DNA of 64,000 bases, from the sequence record SRR31156797_1515, one strand, 5' to 3'. The translations under genes were made by a program, and so were the position numbers. The notes beneath the pieces are model-generated. The model worked only from the letters and a program-made list of their open reading frames with translations, did no database searches and had not been told where the DNA came from. Each line of letters starts with the position of its first letter. Position 1 is the stretch's first letter. Positions 39,452 to 50,431 of the stretch are shown piece by piece.

Positions 39452-40925
39452 TAGTTTTCATTCTCCTTTCAGCAACACCCAAGAGACGTGAGAGGGCGAA
39501 GGTCAATACAAAGTAGATCAATGATACGATAACGTATGGTAAAAACGGTTTGAAGCTGGCCCCTTGAACGACGCCTGTTTGGAAAATCAGTTCAGACACA
39601 CCGATCACCGATACGACCGAAGACTCTTTAATGACCGTGACAAATTCATTTCCTAGAGCAGGCAAGATGTTTTTGATGGCTTGCGGGAAAATGATGAAGC
39701 GCATCGCTTGGATCTGATTCATTCCTAATGAACGAGCGGCTTCCAGCTGTCCTTTGTTGACGGCATTGATCCCGGCACGAATGATTTCTGCCACATAGGC
39801 GGCACTGTTTAGTGCTAAGGCAATACAGCCGGCAGCTAATTTCGAAAGCTCTAAGCCTAACACGCCTGTTCCAAAGTATACAATAAATATTTGTACTAAC
39901 AAAGGTGTTCCTCGAACATATTCAATATAGACAGCGGCAATGACTTTCAGTGCTTTTGATTTAGAAAGCTTCATAAAGGCTAACAAACTGCCACCGATAG
40001 AGCCGAATAATACCCCAACCAAGGCTAGGAAGATGGTATAGCCAGTTCCGGTGATATAAAAAGGCAGATATTTTTCCCAAAAGCTTTGCTCTTCATCGAT
40101 CGTGCCATCTTCGGTAAACATCAATCGATAGGCATCTTCTTTGTATTGGCTTAAAAGATCATTACTAATGATGGTTTCAATGGAGGAATTGAGTTTTTCC
40201 AGTAAAACTGGCGCTTCTTTCGAGATGGCGATGGCGGTCTCCTTCACACCGTTTTCAAACGTGACATTTTCGGCTAATGCCAATGTATCATTCGCCGTCA
40301 CATATGCTTCGGCAACGGGACCTTCCATCACGATCGCATCGATCTTGCGTGATTTTAGATTGGTGATCAAATCAGGCACCCTTTGCAAAGAGGTGACAGT
40401 CGCGCCAGTCAATTCTGTATTTGCCAGCTCTTCTTGGGTGGTTTGTCGTTGTGCACCGACAGCTACACCATCAAAATCAGCCGTCGATTGGAAACGATCC
40501 GCGTCTTCCGCTCGAACCAGAACAGTTTGTTGGACTTCCATATAGGTGTCAGTGAAATTGACTTCTTTGCGGCGCTCATCCGTAGCAGCCATCCCAGAGA
40601 TGACGACATCAATTTTGCCTGTTTTTAACGCCCCTAACAACGCATCAAATCCAAGTTCCTCGATTTTCAGATCGACCCCTAAGTCATCTGCAATCTTTTG
40701 GGCAATGGAAATATCGATTCCCACGATTTCATTTTTTCCGTCAACATTGGCACGGAATTCATAAGGTGCATAATCGGCAGATAAACCCACGACTAATACA
40801 CCATTTTCTTTGACTTTTTCATAGATTGGATCAGTTTCTTCTGCATGTGCTTGTCCGACAAAGAAAAACGGCAGCAATGCTGTGATGATCCCTAATAAAA
40901 CAGTACCCTTACTAAACCTTTTCAT
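39444..40925 (-). CDS. Polar amino acid ABC transporter, fused substrate-binding and permease subunit
   Basis: Signal peptide, SBP_bac_3 domain (SADYAPYEF), then RGTPLLVQ and EAA motif. Confidence 0.93.
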   Translation of the reverse strand: MKRFSKGTVLLGIITALLPFFFVGQAHAEETDPIYEKVKENGVLVVGLSADYAPYEFRANVDGKNEIVGIDISIAQKIADDLGVDLKIEELGFDALLGALKTGKIDVVISGMAATDERRKEVNFTDTYMEVQQTVLVRAEDADRFQSTADFDGVAVGAQRQTTQEELANTELTGATVTSLQRVPDLITNLKSRKIDAIVMEGPVAEAYVTANDTLALAENVTFENGVKETAIAISKEAPVLLEKLNSSIETIISNDLLSQYKEDAYRLMFTEDGTIDEEQSFWEKYLPFYITGTGYTIFLALVGVLFGSIGGSLLAFMKLSKSKALKVIAAVYIEYVRGTPLLVQIFIVYFGTGVLGLELSKLAAGCIALALNSAAYVAEIIRAGINAVNKGQLEAARSLGMNQIQAMRFIIFPQAIKNILPALGNEFVTVIKESSVVSVIGVSELIFQTGVVQGASFKPFLPYVIVSLIYFVLTFALSRLLGVAERRMKTSD

Positions 40926-40984
40926 GTAAACGCCCCTTTAACTTTTTCTGCGCATCTATTAAAAATGCAAATAATAACTAATAA

Positions 40985-41044
40985 ATGTATAAAAATACAT
41001 ATAAGTGATAGAAACTATCATAGCATAACATCAGTTGAAGTCAA
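40985..41044 (-). promoter_or_regulatory. Promoter with ARG-box-like palindrome
   Basis: Minus-strand TTGACT-N16-TATGAT with TG extension; ATGTATAAAAATACAT dyad at 40985-41000. Confidence 0.6.
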
Positions 41045-41318
41045 TAAGTCAGAGAAAAAAAGTCAAAAAATGTTGTAGAGCGTAAAACCATTTATTCAAT
41101 TTTTTTGCAATCCAACCAAGAGCAATGTGAAGAAGGCACAGCGTCTTTTTTCTAAATATATATATTCGATCTTTCACTTTGAAAATAACCGATAATAAAG
41201 AAATGTGACCACACTGAATGAACAAATGGAAAATGGTCTCAGAAGAAGCCAAAAAAAACGAAACATAAGACATTTTTTTGATTTCTTGCGATAATAAAAG
41301 TGAAGAGGAGGCGGTAGG

Positions 41319-41981
41319 ATGAAGGTCGTATTGATTCGACACGGAGAAAGTGAAGCAAATTTCGAAAATTATTGGACAGGATGGCTGGATGTTTCGCTGA
41401 CCGAGAAAGGCCGGCAACAAGCATGGGTAGCAGGGGAACAGATCAAAGCAATGGGGATTACTTTTGATTTTGCCTTTGCATCTGTGCTTCAACGAACGAT
41501 CATCACGTGTGATGCCGTTTTGGAAGCTAGCAATCAGCTTTGGGTCCCTGTACACAAAACATGGCGCTTAAACGAGCGTCATTATGGGCAACTGGTTGGG
41601 GTCAATAAAGATGTGATGGTGGCACAATATGGAAAAGAACAGGTGCAAAAATGGCGTCGAGGATATGATGAACCGCCTTTATATGTGGAGGAAAATGATT
41701 TCGATCGACGCTACGATTCTTTGGATCCTCGCTTGATTCCTAAGGGAGAAAATCTGGGAATGGTCGTGGCCCGAGTGGTTCCATTTTGGCAAGATCAGGT
41801 GGTTCCGTTACTTAAAGATCATAAGAATATTCTCATTACTGGTCATGGGAACAGTTTGCGGGCGTTAGTCAAATACTTGGAGGACGTGCCCAAAGATGAC
41901 ATGGATACGATCGATATTCCTAACGCACAGCCGATCATTTATGAGTTTGATAGCCAAGCAAACTTGATTGAACGGGCGTAA
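41319..41981 (+). CDS. gpmA: 2,3-bisphosphoglycerate-dependent phosphoglycerate mutase
   Basis: LIRHGES, WRLNERHYG, GHGNSLRAL. Confidence 0.88.
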   Translation: MKVVLIRHGESEANFENYWTGWLDVSLTEKGRQQAWVAGEQIKAMGITFDFAFASVLQRTIITCDAVLEASNQLWVPVHKTWRLNERHYGQLVGVNKDVMVAQYGKEQVQKWRRGYDEPPLYVEENDFDRRYDSLDPRLIPKGENLGMVVARVVPFWQDQVVPLLKDHKNILITGHGNSLRALVKYLEDVPKDDMDTIDIPNAQPIIYEFDSQANLIERA

Positions 41982-42084
41982 TAACGAACATTTGAAGAAT
42001 AAACCACATTTTCGTTTGATGTTACATCGAAAATGTGGTTTTGTTGTGCTATAATAAGAAAAATTTAATGAAAGGCGGGAGAAT

Positions 42085-42351
42085 ATGAAAGCCGTATTAA
42101 CCGTTATTGGAAAAGACAAGGTTGGGATCATCGCCGGTGTCAGCCAGAAATTAGCAGAATTAGAAATCAATATTTTAGATGTGTCCCAAACGATCATGGA
42201 AGATTACTTCACGATGATGATGCTTTTAAACATGGATGCCAATCAGGATTTTGACGGTGTTCGTGAGGAGCTTCACCAAATAGGTCAGGCATTAGGTGTG
42301 AAAATCAGCATTCAAAATCAAGAGATTTTTGATACCATGCATAAATTATAG
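42085..42351 (+). CDS. ACT domain protein (UPF0237)
   Basis: [11 protein letters not shown]...NILDVSQT. Confidence 0.9.
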   Translation: MKAVLTVIGKDKVGIIAGVSQKLAELEINILDVSQTIMEDYFTMMMLLNMDANQDFDGVREELHQIGQALGVKISIQNQEIFDTMHKL

Positions 42352-42359
42352 GAGGCACT

Positions 42360-43709
42360 ATGGAGACAAATCAAATACTTGAAACCATTCGCATGGTGGA
42401 AGAAGAAAACTTAGATATTCGTACGATCACGATGGGGATTTCATTATTGGATTGTATCGACGCCGATATTGATCGTACCTGTGAGAAAATTTTTCAAAAA
42501 ATTACAACAAAAGCGAAAGATCTTGTCAAAGTCGGCGAAGAGATCGAAAGTGAATATGGCATTCCGATTATTAACAAGCGGATTTCGGTTACCCCTGTAG
42601 CGATCGTAGTGGCAGCTTGCCAGCCGACACCCGCAGACTGTATCAAAGTTGCGAAGACCTTGGATCGAGCGGCGCAAGAAGTCGGAGTAAATTTCATCGG
42701 CGGCTATAGCGCACTAGTAGAAAAAGGCTATCAAGGCGGCGACCTTGCATTGATCGAATCGATTCCAGAAGCCTTGGCTCAAACCAATTTTGTCTGTTCG
42801 TCGGTCAATATTGGATCAACGAAAGCTGGGATCAACATGGATGCAGTACGTCTGATGGGAGAAACAGTCAAGAAGACGGCTGAGGCATCAGATATGGGCT
42901 GTGCGAAGCTCGTCGTCTTTGCGAATGCAGTGGAAGACAATCCCTTTATGGCGGGGGCTTTTCATGGGGTCGGTGAAGCTGATGTGGAAATCAACGTCGG
43001 TGTCAGCGGACCTGGTGTCGTCAAACGTGCCTTGGAAAAAGTCAAAGGCGAGTCCTTTGATGTCGTGGCGGAAACAGTCAAAAAAACAGCTTTCAAGATC
43101 ACGCGGATGGGGCAATTGGTCGGGCGCGTGGCTTCAGAGCGCTTGGGCGTTCCATTCGGGATCGTCGATCTTTCGCTGGCGCCAACTCCTGCAGTCGGCG
43201 ATAGTGTGGCATTGATTTTAGAAGAAATGGGCTTAGAATCTGTCGGTACCCACGGAACGACAGCTGCTTTGGCATTGTTAAATGATGCAGTCAAAAAAGG
43301 CGGCGTAATGGCCTGCAACCATGTTGGTGGTCTGTCGGGTGCTTTTATCCCCGTTTCTGAAGATGCAGGAATGATCAAAGCAGTAGAAGCTGGTTTATTG
43401 AATTTAGAAAAACTTGAAGCCATGACGGCGATCTGCTCTGTCGGCTTAGATATGATTGCGATTCCGGGAGATACTTCGGCTGAGACGATCGCCGCAATGA
43501 TCGCGGATGAAGCAGCGATCGGTGTCATCAACCACAAGACGACAGCTGTCCGAATCATTCCAGCGAAAGGCAAAGAAATCGGCGATCGCATCGAGTTTGG
43601 TGGTTTATTAGGGACAGCGCCAGTGATGAAAACCAATCCTGCGAAGTCTACTGATTTCATTTTGCGTGGCGGCCGTATTCCCGCACCGATCCATTCATTT
43701 AAAAACTAG
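42360..43709 (+). CDS. UPF0210 / DUF711 (PFL-like superfamily) protein
   Basis: [37 protein letters not shown]. Confidence 0.9.
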   Translation: METNQILETIRMVEEENLDIRTITMGISLLDCIDADIDRTCEKIFQKITTKAKDLVKVGEEIESEYGIPIINKRISVTPVAIVVAACQPTPADCIKVAKTLDRAAQEVGVNFIGGYSALVEKGYQGGDLALIESIPEALAQTNFVCSSVNIGSTKAGINMDAVRLMGETVKKTAEASDMGCAKLVVFANAVEDNPFMAGAFHGVGEADVEINVGVSGPGVVKRALEKVKGESFDVVAETVKKTAFKITRMGQLVGRVASERLGVPFGIVDLSLAPTPAVGDSVALILEEMGLESVGTHGTTAALALLNDAVKKGGVMACNHVGGLSGAFIPVSEDAGMIKAVEAGLLNLEKLEAMTAICSVGLDMIAIPGDTSAETIAAMIADEAAIGVINHKTTAVRIIPAKGKEIGDRIEFGGLLGTAPVMKTNPAKSTDFILRGGRIPAPIHSFKN

Positions 43710-43881
43710 CTCGTGTTCATTTTGTAAGAAAATATGATAAAGTGACCTTTAAAAGACTAATCAGAATGCTGTCTTTTAAAGGTTTTTTGGTCCTGTTACT
43801 ATTTTTTCATTCCTAAGGCGGATGTTTTTTTGTTTGGAATCGAATACAATGAAAGATAACACGATAAAAAGGGGTGGTAAA

Positions 43882-45441
43882 ATGAAGAAAATCTTCCAAC
43901 TTGGGATGTTGGTTTTTGTTGGTTTGATGGGATTTTTTGTCCTTCAACCATCAATTGCCTTTGGACAGACATTTGTTCGCGATGATGCCGGGGTCCTTTC
44001 ACAAGAGACGATCGAACAGATCGATGCCTTGAATAAAGAGGGGTTCCAATCATTGACTGGCGCGCCAGAATATGCTGTGATCACGATCCCTTCCTTAGAT
44101 GGGCAATCGATTGAAGAGCGTAATTTGGAACTGTTCAATGAATATGGTTTAGGGAATCCAGAGGACAATAATGGACTATTGTTTCTCTTTGCCATTGATG
44201 ATCGTGAGTTTCGTCTGGGTTATGGCGATGGACTATCCTATGTCTTCAGTGAGCTATCGGAAGATGATTTAGTGGATGAAGATGCCAAAGACGCATTACG
44301 AGATGAAGATTATGATACAGCGATATTGGCAGCTTCTAATGAAGTCTATCAGCGAATGAAAGAAGCGGATGAAACGATTGGATTAGGGACGATTTATCAA
44401 GATGGCAATCAAATGTTAGCAGAAAAACAGGCACAAGAAGCAGAAGCCACTAAGCAAATGTGGTTCACTATTGGAAAAATCGTCAGTGGTGTCGTAGCGG
44501 CAGCAGCTGCAGGCCTTGTCGGGTACATCAGTTTTCGCCATCTTAAAACCAAACGGCGATTTGAAGAGCACCTGCCGTTGCCGAAACATCTGTTAGAAGA
44601 TAGTTACTTCCAACAGAAAGATTTCTTGAAATGGGCTAGCAATAGAAAGAACTATCAGCGTTACCATCAGTATCAGACAGCAAAAGATTGTCAACAAGCA
44701 TTTACGCAGTATGTGACGAGTACTTACGTGCCAGCGAAATTGAGTTCGATCACCGGATTGTCGACTGCGGATAAACGAGTTATCCAACATGCCTTGACGA
44801 ATCCAGCAATTGGCTCTTATTTTTCAAACTTGCTGATGAAGAAAAAAACCACGGTCAAACATTTCGGTCAGGTGATCCTTACACAACATGACACCTTAAA
44901 AACCTATGAAGCCCAATTAGGCAGGGAAGTGTCTGAACGGATGGCAGACTATGATTTATCTGATGCGGTGTTACCTGAGAATTTGCCTTTAGCAGATGCG
45001 TATCGAGCAGAAATAGCTAAGCAAGCCAAAGAAGAGATCAGAAGACGCAATGAGCAGGGGCGTTATTTAGCGCAACTTGTGACGGAAAAAGCGACCTATG
45101 CTGAGATGGTACAAGCCATTCCGAAAGAAGTTTCTAATGTTCTAGCGGAAGTGAAAACAGATGCCTTGTTCCAAGTTGACTTGAAACAGGTTTATCAAAA
45201 TCACCCAGATTTAGCAAACAAATTATCCTCATTTGATGCTTCTGATCGAGCAGCAGTTTTAAATAATGCTCGCCAAGAGTATGACCCGCATGGGATGAAT
45301 ATGGCGTTGTTCTTTGTGATGATGAATAATCACGTGTCCCATCAAGAACAAGTCATTGCCGATACACAAAGTTCTTCGAATGATTTTGGCGGTTTTAGCG
45401 GAGGAAGTAGCAGCGGTGGCGGTGTTTCTGGTAGCTGGTAA
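43882..45441 (+). CDS. TPM domain membrane protein with a long C-terminal region
   Basis: Signal peptide, VRDDAGVLS...NNGLLFL...GYG TPM domain, one TM, tail GGSSSGGGVSGSW. Confidence 0.85.
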   Translation: MKKIFQLGMLVFVGLMGFFVLQPSIAFGQTFVRDDAGVLSQETIEQIDALNKEGFQSLTGAPEYAVITIPSLDGQSIEERNLELFNEYGLGNPEDNNGLLFLFAIDDREFRLGYGDGLSYVFSELSEDDLVDEDAKDALRDEDYDTAILAASNEVYQRMKEADETIGLGTIYQDGNQMLAEKQAQEAEATKQMWFTIGKIVSGVVAAAAAGLVGYISFRHLKTKRRFEEHLPLPKHLLEDSYFQQKDFLKWASNRKNYQRYHQYQTAKDCQQAFTQYVTSTYVPAKLSSITGLSTADKRVIQHALTNPAIGSYFSNLLMKKKTTVKHFGQVILTQHDTLKTYEAQLGREVSERMADYDLSDAVLPENLPLADAYRAEIAKQAKEEIRRRNEQGRYLAQLVTEKATYAEMVQAIPKEVSNVLAEVKTDALFQVDLKQVYQNHPDLANKLSSFDASDRAAVLNNARQEYDPHGMNMALFFVMMNNHVSHQEQVIADTQSSSNDFGGFSGGSSSGGGVSGSW

Positions 45442-45476
45442 TTATTTCAAATGCTTTTTTAGTAAAGATGAACGTT

Positions 45477-45549
45477 CATTAACCTGTAACATATTCCTTT
45501 GTATTTTGGTTTGTGCAAATGGAATTGTTACAAGGTTAATGGCTTTTTT
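45477..45549 (+). terminator. Long hairpin terminator
   Basis: CATTAACCTGTAACA/TGTTACAAGGTTAATG plus T-run. Confidence 0.7.
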
Positions 45550-45670
45550 CTTGTGGAGGAAATCCCTTGATAAATAAGACAAACCAAACAAAGTGTGGTA
45601 AACTTTTTAGAGTTACAGAAAATGAATGGAACTTTCATTCATTTGAAAAAGGGAGAAAACGAGGGATATC

Positions 45671-46288
45671 ATGTACCAATCTTACATATGGGATTTTGAC
45701 GGAACACTTTACGACAGCTACCCAATCATGTTAAAAGCTTTTATTAAGACATTGAAGGAGTATGGCTTCGATCCAGATCCAGCGGAGATTTATTATATAT
45801 TGAAAGATTCATCTTCCAAAAAAGTTGCTGAAAAATACAACTTAGATTTTCAAGAGTTCACTAAAGCATTCAAAGCAAATGAAGCGCTGGATGATCGTTT
45901 GCCGCTTTCCTTTGTAGGAACCAAAGAAACATTAGAAGCCGTGGTTGCTGCTGGTGGCAAGAACTACATTTTGACCCACCGCGATGTCGTTTCAACAAAA
46001 GAGCTGTTAGAAAAAGAACAGATGGCAGACCTGATCGTTGAGATCGTAGGACCGGAAAACAACTTTCCCCGTAAACCTGATCCAACTTCATTGATTTATC
46101 TTGTCGAAAAATATCATTTAGACAAAGATCAGACCGTCATGATCGGCGATCGTACGATGGATGTTTTTGCAGGACAAGGAGCAGGTGTCAAGACGATATT
46201 TTATGATATAGAAGGTATCTTAAAAGATGTATCCGCCGACCATACCGTCCAATCCATGGCTGAAATACAAGAAATCATTAAGTCTTGA
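45671..46288 (+). CDS. HAD-family hydrolase (subfamily IA)
   Basis: WDFDGTL, RKPDP, IGDR. Confidence 0.9.
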   Translation: MYQSYIWDFDGTLYDSYPIMLKAFIKTLKEYGFDPDPAEIYYILKDSSSKKVAEKYNLDFQEFTKAFKANEALDDRLPLSFVGTKETLEAVVAAGGKNYILTHRDVVSTKELLEKEQMADLIVEIVGPENNFPRKPDPTSLIYLVEKYHLDKDQTVMIGDRTMDVFAGQGAGVKTIFYDIEGILKDVSADHTVQSMAEIQEIIKS

Positions 46289-46360
46289 GAAATCAAGGCT
46301 TTTTTTGTGCAAAGAAAGTAAGACATTCATTACTTATGATGAACGGTATAAACGTGGTTC

Positions 46361-47803
46361 TCATTGGTCTTCTAGTCTCGGCACAACAAACCAAAAAGAA
46401 GTCACGCCATTTTTCGACTCAGCGCCATAATCGAAGGCGTGAGAAGTCAAAATGGTTTTCACGATCGCTAAGCCGATGCCGGTTCCTTCTTTATGTCCTG
46501 CTTGATGTTGGACGCGTTGGTATCTTTCCCAAATGAGTTCGAGTTGTTCTGGAGGGATATCTTTTCCGGGATTGATGACAGCAACTTTTGTTCTTGTAGA
46601 TGTATTCGTTAATTTGATCAAAAGACGCTCGTTTTTAGGTGTATGGTTGATGCCATTGTTTATTAAATTACGCAAAACCTGTTCCATTTTGATGCGATCA
46701 AAAAGAGCAATTCCATTCTTACTATCTGCTTCAAAATCGACAGTGATGTCATATTGATTGGCGATCCCTCTTGCGTAGGCAACGACGGAGGAAACCACCT
46801 CGTATGTATTCCAGATTTCATTTTTAAGCTGTGTATAGCCTGCTTGCATGATAGAGAAATCCATGATGTCATCAACCATGGCACTCATACGGTGGGCTTC
46901 GCTGATAATTAGTTCCATATGTTCTTTTCGAAGGCGTTCGTCGCTTCCAGATACATCACGTACCATCTCCCCATAGCCCGTGATCAACGCGAGGGGGGAG
47001 CGTAGTTCATGAGAAACATTGGCAATCACTTCTTTTCGCAAGACGTCTACTCGCTGAAGTTCTGTGCTTAAGTCCGCAACCGATTCAGAAAGTGTACCTA
47101 ATTCATCACTACGCTTAAGTTTGGGTACGGAATAAAGCTCGCCGTTGGTTAAGCGGATGATGGCTTCTTTGATGGTTTTGATCGGGCGAATAAAATGCTG
47201 TGCTAAAAAAAAGGAAATCGTTGACGCAAAAATAGTTAATATGATGGTGAATAGAAAGAGTTGCTGTCGATTCAAGCTTTGAAGCGCTTCGATTTGAGTG
47301 ATCGTATTGGAGAGCAAAAGGGCAGCTGGGCGTTGGAAAAGAGTGGTAGGAACGCCAATAAGAATGGCAGAAGACTTTTCAAAGTCTTCTACAGCACTCA
47401 GGCTCTCACCATCAAGGACAGTTGGTGCGTGAGATAACAACCAGTTGTATTCGTTGCTCAACCCATCTATGTTTAATTGTTGTCCATTGTTAAATGCCGC
47501 CAGAATTTCGCCATCCTCGTCGACTAAGAAAAGAGTCCCAACGATCGTTTTACTGAGGAAAAGTAATGGCTCTTCTGGTAAATCATCTGGATCTACTGCC
47601 ATTTCTTCAATAGCGGCAGCTGTTTCCTGAACTGTTTCTAAAAGTGATTCTTTCGTTACATTGATATAATTTGGTTCAAAGAGCAAAATTTGAACAGTCC
47701 ACAAAAAAGCGATGCCAATGATGACCAGCAGCATATTGGCGGACCAAAGCCGCACGAGTAATTTACTTTTGATGTAAGTAAAACCTAACCGACTAGTCTT
47801 CAT
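46361..47803 (-). CDS. Sensor histidine kinase with extracellular domain and HAMP
   Basis: Two TM helices, HAMP (DELGTL), SHELRSPL, GTGIGLAI; ATG 47803 overlaps the regulator's end. Confidence 0.92.
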   Translation of the reverse strand: MKTSRLGFTYIKSKLLVRLWSANMLLVIIGIAFLWTVQILLFEPNYINVTKESLLETVQETAAAIEEMAVDPDDLPEEPLLFLSKTIVGTLFLVDEDGEILAAFNNGQQLNIDGLSNEYNWLLSHAPTVLDGESLSAVEDFEKSSAILIGVPTTLFQRPAALLLSNTITQIEALQSLNRQQLFLFTIILTIFASTISFFLAQHFIRPIKTIKEAIIRLTNGELYSVPKLKRSDELGTLSESVADLSTELQRVDVLRKEVIANVSHELRSPLALITGYGEMVRDVSGSDERLRKEHMELIISEAHRMSAMVDDIMDFSIMQAGYTQLKNEIWNTYEVVSSVVAYARGIANQYDITVDFEADSKNGIALFDRIKMEQVLRNLINNGINHTPKNERLLIKLTNTSTRTKVAVINPGKDIPPEQLELIWERYQRVQHQAGHKEGTGIGLAIVKTILTSHAFDYGAESKNGVTSFWFVVPRLEDQ

Positions 47804-48461
47804 AATCAAATTTATACCCAACTCCCCAAACCGTTTGGATCAACTCTCGGTAATCCCCTAGACGCTCTCGCAAGGACTTGATGTGTGTATCCACTGTTCT
47901 GGTATCTCCGAAATAATCAAAGCCCCAGACACCTTCTAAAATTGATTCTCGGCTCAAAGCGATATGATTATTTTTCGTCAAATAGACCAGCAGATCGAAT
48001 TCTTTTGGCGTAAGCGGCAGAGGATTCCCATTGATCATTACAGTATGAGAAAAAACATTGACTTCGAGATCACCAAAAACGATCTTTTCGAACTGAAACT
48101 GACTGCTTCGTTTCAACACAGCTTTGATGCGAGCCATCAGCTCTTTAGGGCTAAATGGCTTGGCAATATAATCATCGGCACCAAGATTGAAGCCAAAGAG
48201 TTTGTCATACTCTTCCTTTCGAGCGGTAATCATAATGACTGGCGTGTTACAGCTGCCTCTGATTTCCGAAAGCGTCTGAAAGCCATCTTTTCCCGGCATC
48301 ATGACATCTAGGAGGATCAAATCGAATGAATGATTGGTTAATTTTTCCAAAGTTTCTTTTCCATCCGCTGCCTCAAAACATAGATACCCTTCGATCTCCG
48401 CATAAGTTTTCACTAAGGCACGCATATGAGTATCATCATCAACGATCAATATTTTTTGCAA
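47793..48461 (-). CDS. OmpR-family response regulator
   Basis: LLDVMMP, GADDYIAKPF, RTVDTHIKSLR, VWGVGYK; TTG start. Confidence 0.93.
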   Translation of the reverse strand: MQKILIVDDDTHMRALVKTYAEIEGYLCFEAADGKETLEKLTNHSFDLILLDVMMPGKDGFQTLSEIRGSCNTPVIMITARKEEYDKLFGFNLGADDYIAKPFSPKELMARIKAVLKRSSQFQFEKIVFGDLEVNVFSHTVMINGNPLPLTPKEFDLLVYLTKNNHIALSRESILEGVWGFDYFGDTRTVDTHIKSLRERLGDYRELIQTVWGVGYKFDYED

Positions 48462-48566
48462 ATTTATTCACATCCTTAAAAATAATTTATATTTTTTAAA
48501 GTATATCACAGCATAATCGCTGATTTAATAGGAAAATGACTCTTTGAAAAATAATTGTTCTTTCCC

Positions 48567-48597
48567 TCACAAGATCATCACAAATACCCAATACTAT
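48567..48597 (+). promoter_or_regulatory. Tandem TCACAA-N5-TCACAA repeat plus -10 upstream of the PBP gene
   Basis: TCACAA at 48567 and 48578 (11-bp period), TACTAT at 48592-48597. Confidence 0.6.
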
Positions 48598-48625
48598 AGA
48601 GGTATATTCAATCGAAAGGAGCGCT

Positions 48626-50431
48626 TTGGCGATGTATGACTATCATATGGTCAGAAAGAAAAAAGCAAAGAAAAATCGTAAGCTAGTCGGTCATTGGTTA
48701 TACATAATCAGTCTTGCGCTTTTTATGGGGTTTTCTGCACGTTTGATTTACATTGTTCAAGTCGGCGTGATCGCAGGCGTCTCTTTGTCTGAAAGAATAG
48801 AAAATTTGTATTATAGTTCAAGATCGATCGAAACAAGTCGAGGGGCGATTTTTGATCGGCAGGGGACAGTGATCGCACAAGATATTCTTTCCTATACTGT
48901 TCGAGCGGTTCTTTCTGAAGATTACATTGACAATGGACGACCCATGTATCTAGACAGAGCGCGCTTTGAGGAGACCGCAACGATTCTTTCGGAGTATTTA
49001 CCTATTTCTAACGAGCAAGTTTTGTCAATCTTGTCAGATGGTGCGAATCAAACAGATCCGCCTGTCTTTCAAGTGGAATTTGGCAATGTTGGCAGTGGTC
49101 TAAGTGTGACTACTCGAAATCAAATCGAAACGGCGTTTGATGCAGCTGGAATCAACGGTATCTATTTCGATGCTCGTTCAAGTCGCAGTTATCCGAATGG
49201 TATCTTTTCTTCACATTTGATAGGGACAACGTCAGATGATGAAGAGATTCGAGTCGGAGTTTCTGGATTAGAATATGTACTAAACGACTTTTTGAAGAAT
49301 CAAAATGGGCGAGAGTCCTTTCAAGTCAATGCTTCAGGGAATCCTGTTCCCGCAACCAATCAAACCGTAGAAGAAGGAGTAGATGGGAATGATGTTTGGA
49401 CGACATTAGATGCTCATCTGCAGTTATTCACTGAATCAGTGATGGATGAAGTTATGGAACAAACACGACCAGAAAATCTAACGGCTTTATTGATGGATGC
49501 GAAAACTGGGGAGATTTTAACGATGGCTCAAAGACCTAGTTTTCATCCAGAGACCCAAGAAGGAATTGCGGATGAACACTTTATTTGGCGTAATCTTTTT
49601 ACGGAAGAGATGTATGAACCTGGTTCGACCTTGAAGCTGGCAACCGTTTCGGCCGCTATTGATGAAGGTGTTTTTGATCCGACGGAACGCTACAATCCTG
49701 TGAGTATGCAGATTGAAGATCGAGTCATCAATGACCACGACTCAGGAGCAAATGGTGAGTTGACGATGCGGCAAGCGTTAGCTTGGTCAAGCAACACTGG
49801 GATGGTTCGACTTCAGCAACGGATCGGTTTTGATAATTGGGCACAGTATTTAACTGATTTTGGACTAGGGAAAGTTACCGGAAGTGAGCTTCCTGGGGAA
49901 GTGCCTGGGATCTTACCTTCAAGAAATCGGGTGGATTATGCCATGAGTTCTTATGGCCATGCGATTGGGGTCAATCAGATGCAGATGATGCAGTTATTTA
50001 GCGCATTTGCCAATGGTGGCGAGATGATTCGTCCGCAATTGATTCGGCAAGTGGGAGAAGAGACCCAAGTTTTTCCAGAAGTCGTTTCTCAGCCTATTTC
50101 ACAAACAGCGGCTGATGCTGTATTGGAATACATGACCGATGTTGTGACGGATGAACGCTATGGCACCGCTTATGATGTATACCAACTGACGAACCATGAG
50201 ATTTCTGTCAAAACTGGGACTGCTCAGATCGCCAATGAGAATGGTCAAGGTTACATGACAGGAGAGTTTGATTATATTTATTCGGCGGTCTCGATCTATC
50301 CAACGGATGATCCACAGTTTATTCTTTACCTCACTATCAAGCGACCAGAAGAATACGATCGTCATACCTTAGCTAAAATTGCCAATCCTTTGATGGAGCG
50401 TTCGATGGCGCTGCAAAGTTTTCGTGAGTAA
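48626..50431 (+). CDS. Class B penicillin-binding protein (PBP2x/FtsI-like) without PASTA domains
   Basis: N-terminal TM, RGAIFDR, RSYPNG, GLE, and transpeptidase motifs STLK, SSN, KTG; ends just after the transpeptidase domain. Confidence 0.9.
   Translation: MAMYDYHMVRKKKAKKNRKLVGHWLYIISLALFMGFSARLIYIVQVGVIAGVSLSERIENLYYSSRSIETSRGAIFDRQGTVIAQDILSYTVRAVLSEDYIDNGRPMYLDRARFEETATILSEYLPISNEQVLSILSDGANQTDPPVFQVEFGNVGSGLSVTTRNQIETAFDAAGINGIYFDARSSRSYPNGIFSSHLIGTTSDDEEIRVGVSGLEYVLNDFLKNQNGRESFQVNASGNPVPATNQTVEEGVDGNDVWTTLDAHLQLFTESVMDEVMEQTRPENLTALLMDAKTGEILTMAQRPSFHPETQEGIADEHFIWRNLFTEEMYEPGSTLKLATVSAAIDEGVFDPTERYNPVSMQIEDRVINDHDSGANGELTMRQALAWSSNTGMVRLQQRIGFDNWAQYLTDFGLGKVTGSELPGEVPGILPSRNRVDYAMSSYGHAIGVNQMQMMQLFSAFANGGEMIRPQLIRQVGEETQVFPEVVSQPISQTAADAVLEYMTDVVTDERYGTAYDVYQLTNHEISVKTGTAQIANENGQGYMTGEFDYIYSAVSIYPTDDPQFILYLTIKRPEEYDRHTLAKIANPLMERSMALQSFRE

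Noticed and set aside
41049-41555. 168-aa minus-strand ORF
   Set aside because: Overlaps gpmA in antisense and runs through AT-rich promoter DNA.
42962-43660. 232-aa antisense ORF
   Set aside because: Lies wholly opposite the conserved UPF0210 gene; typical shadow ORF with no RBS or motif.
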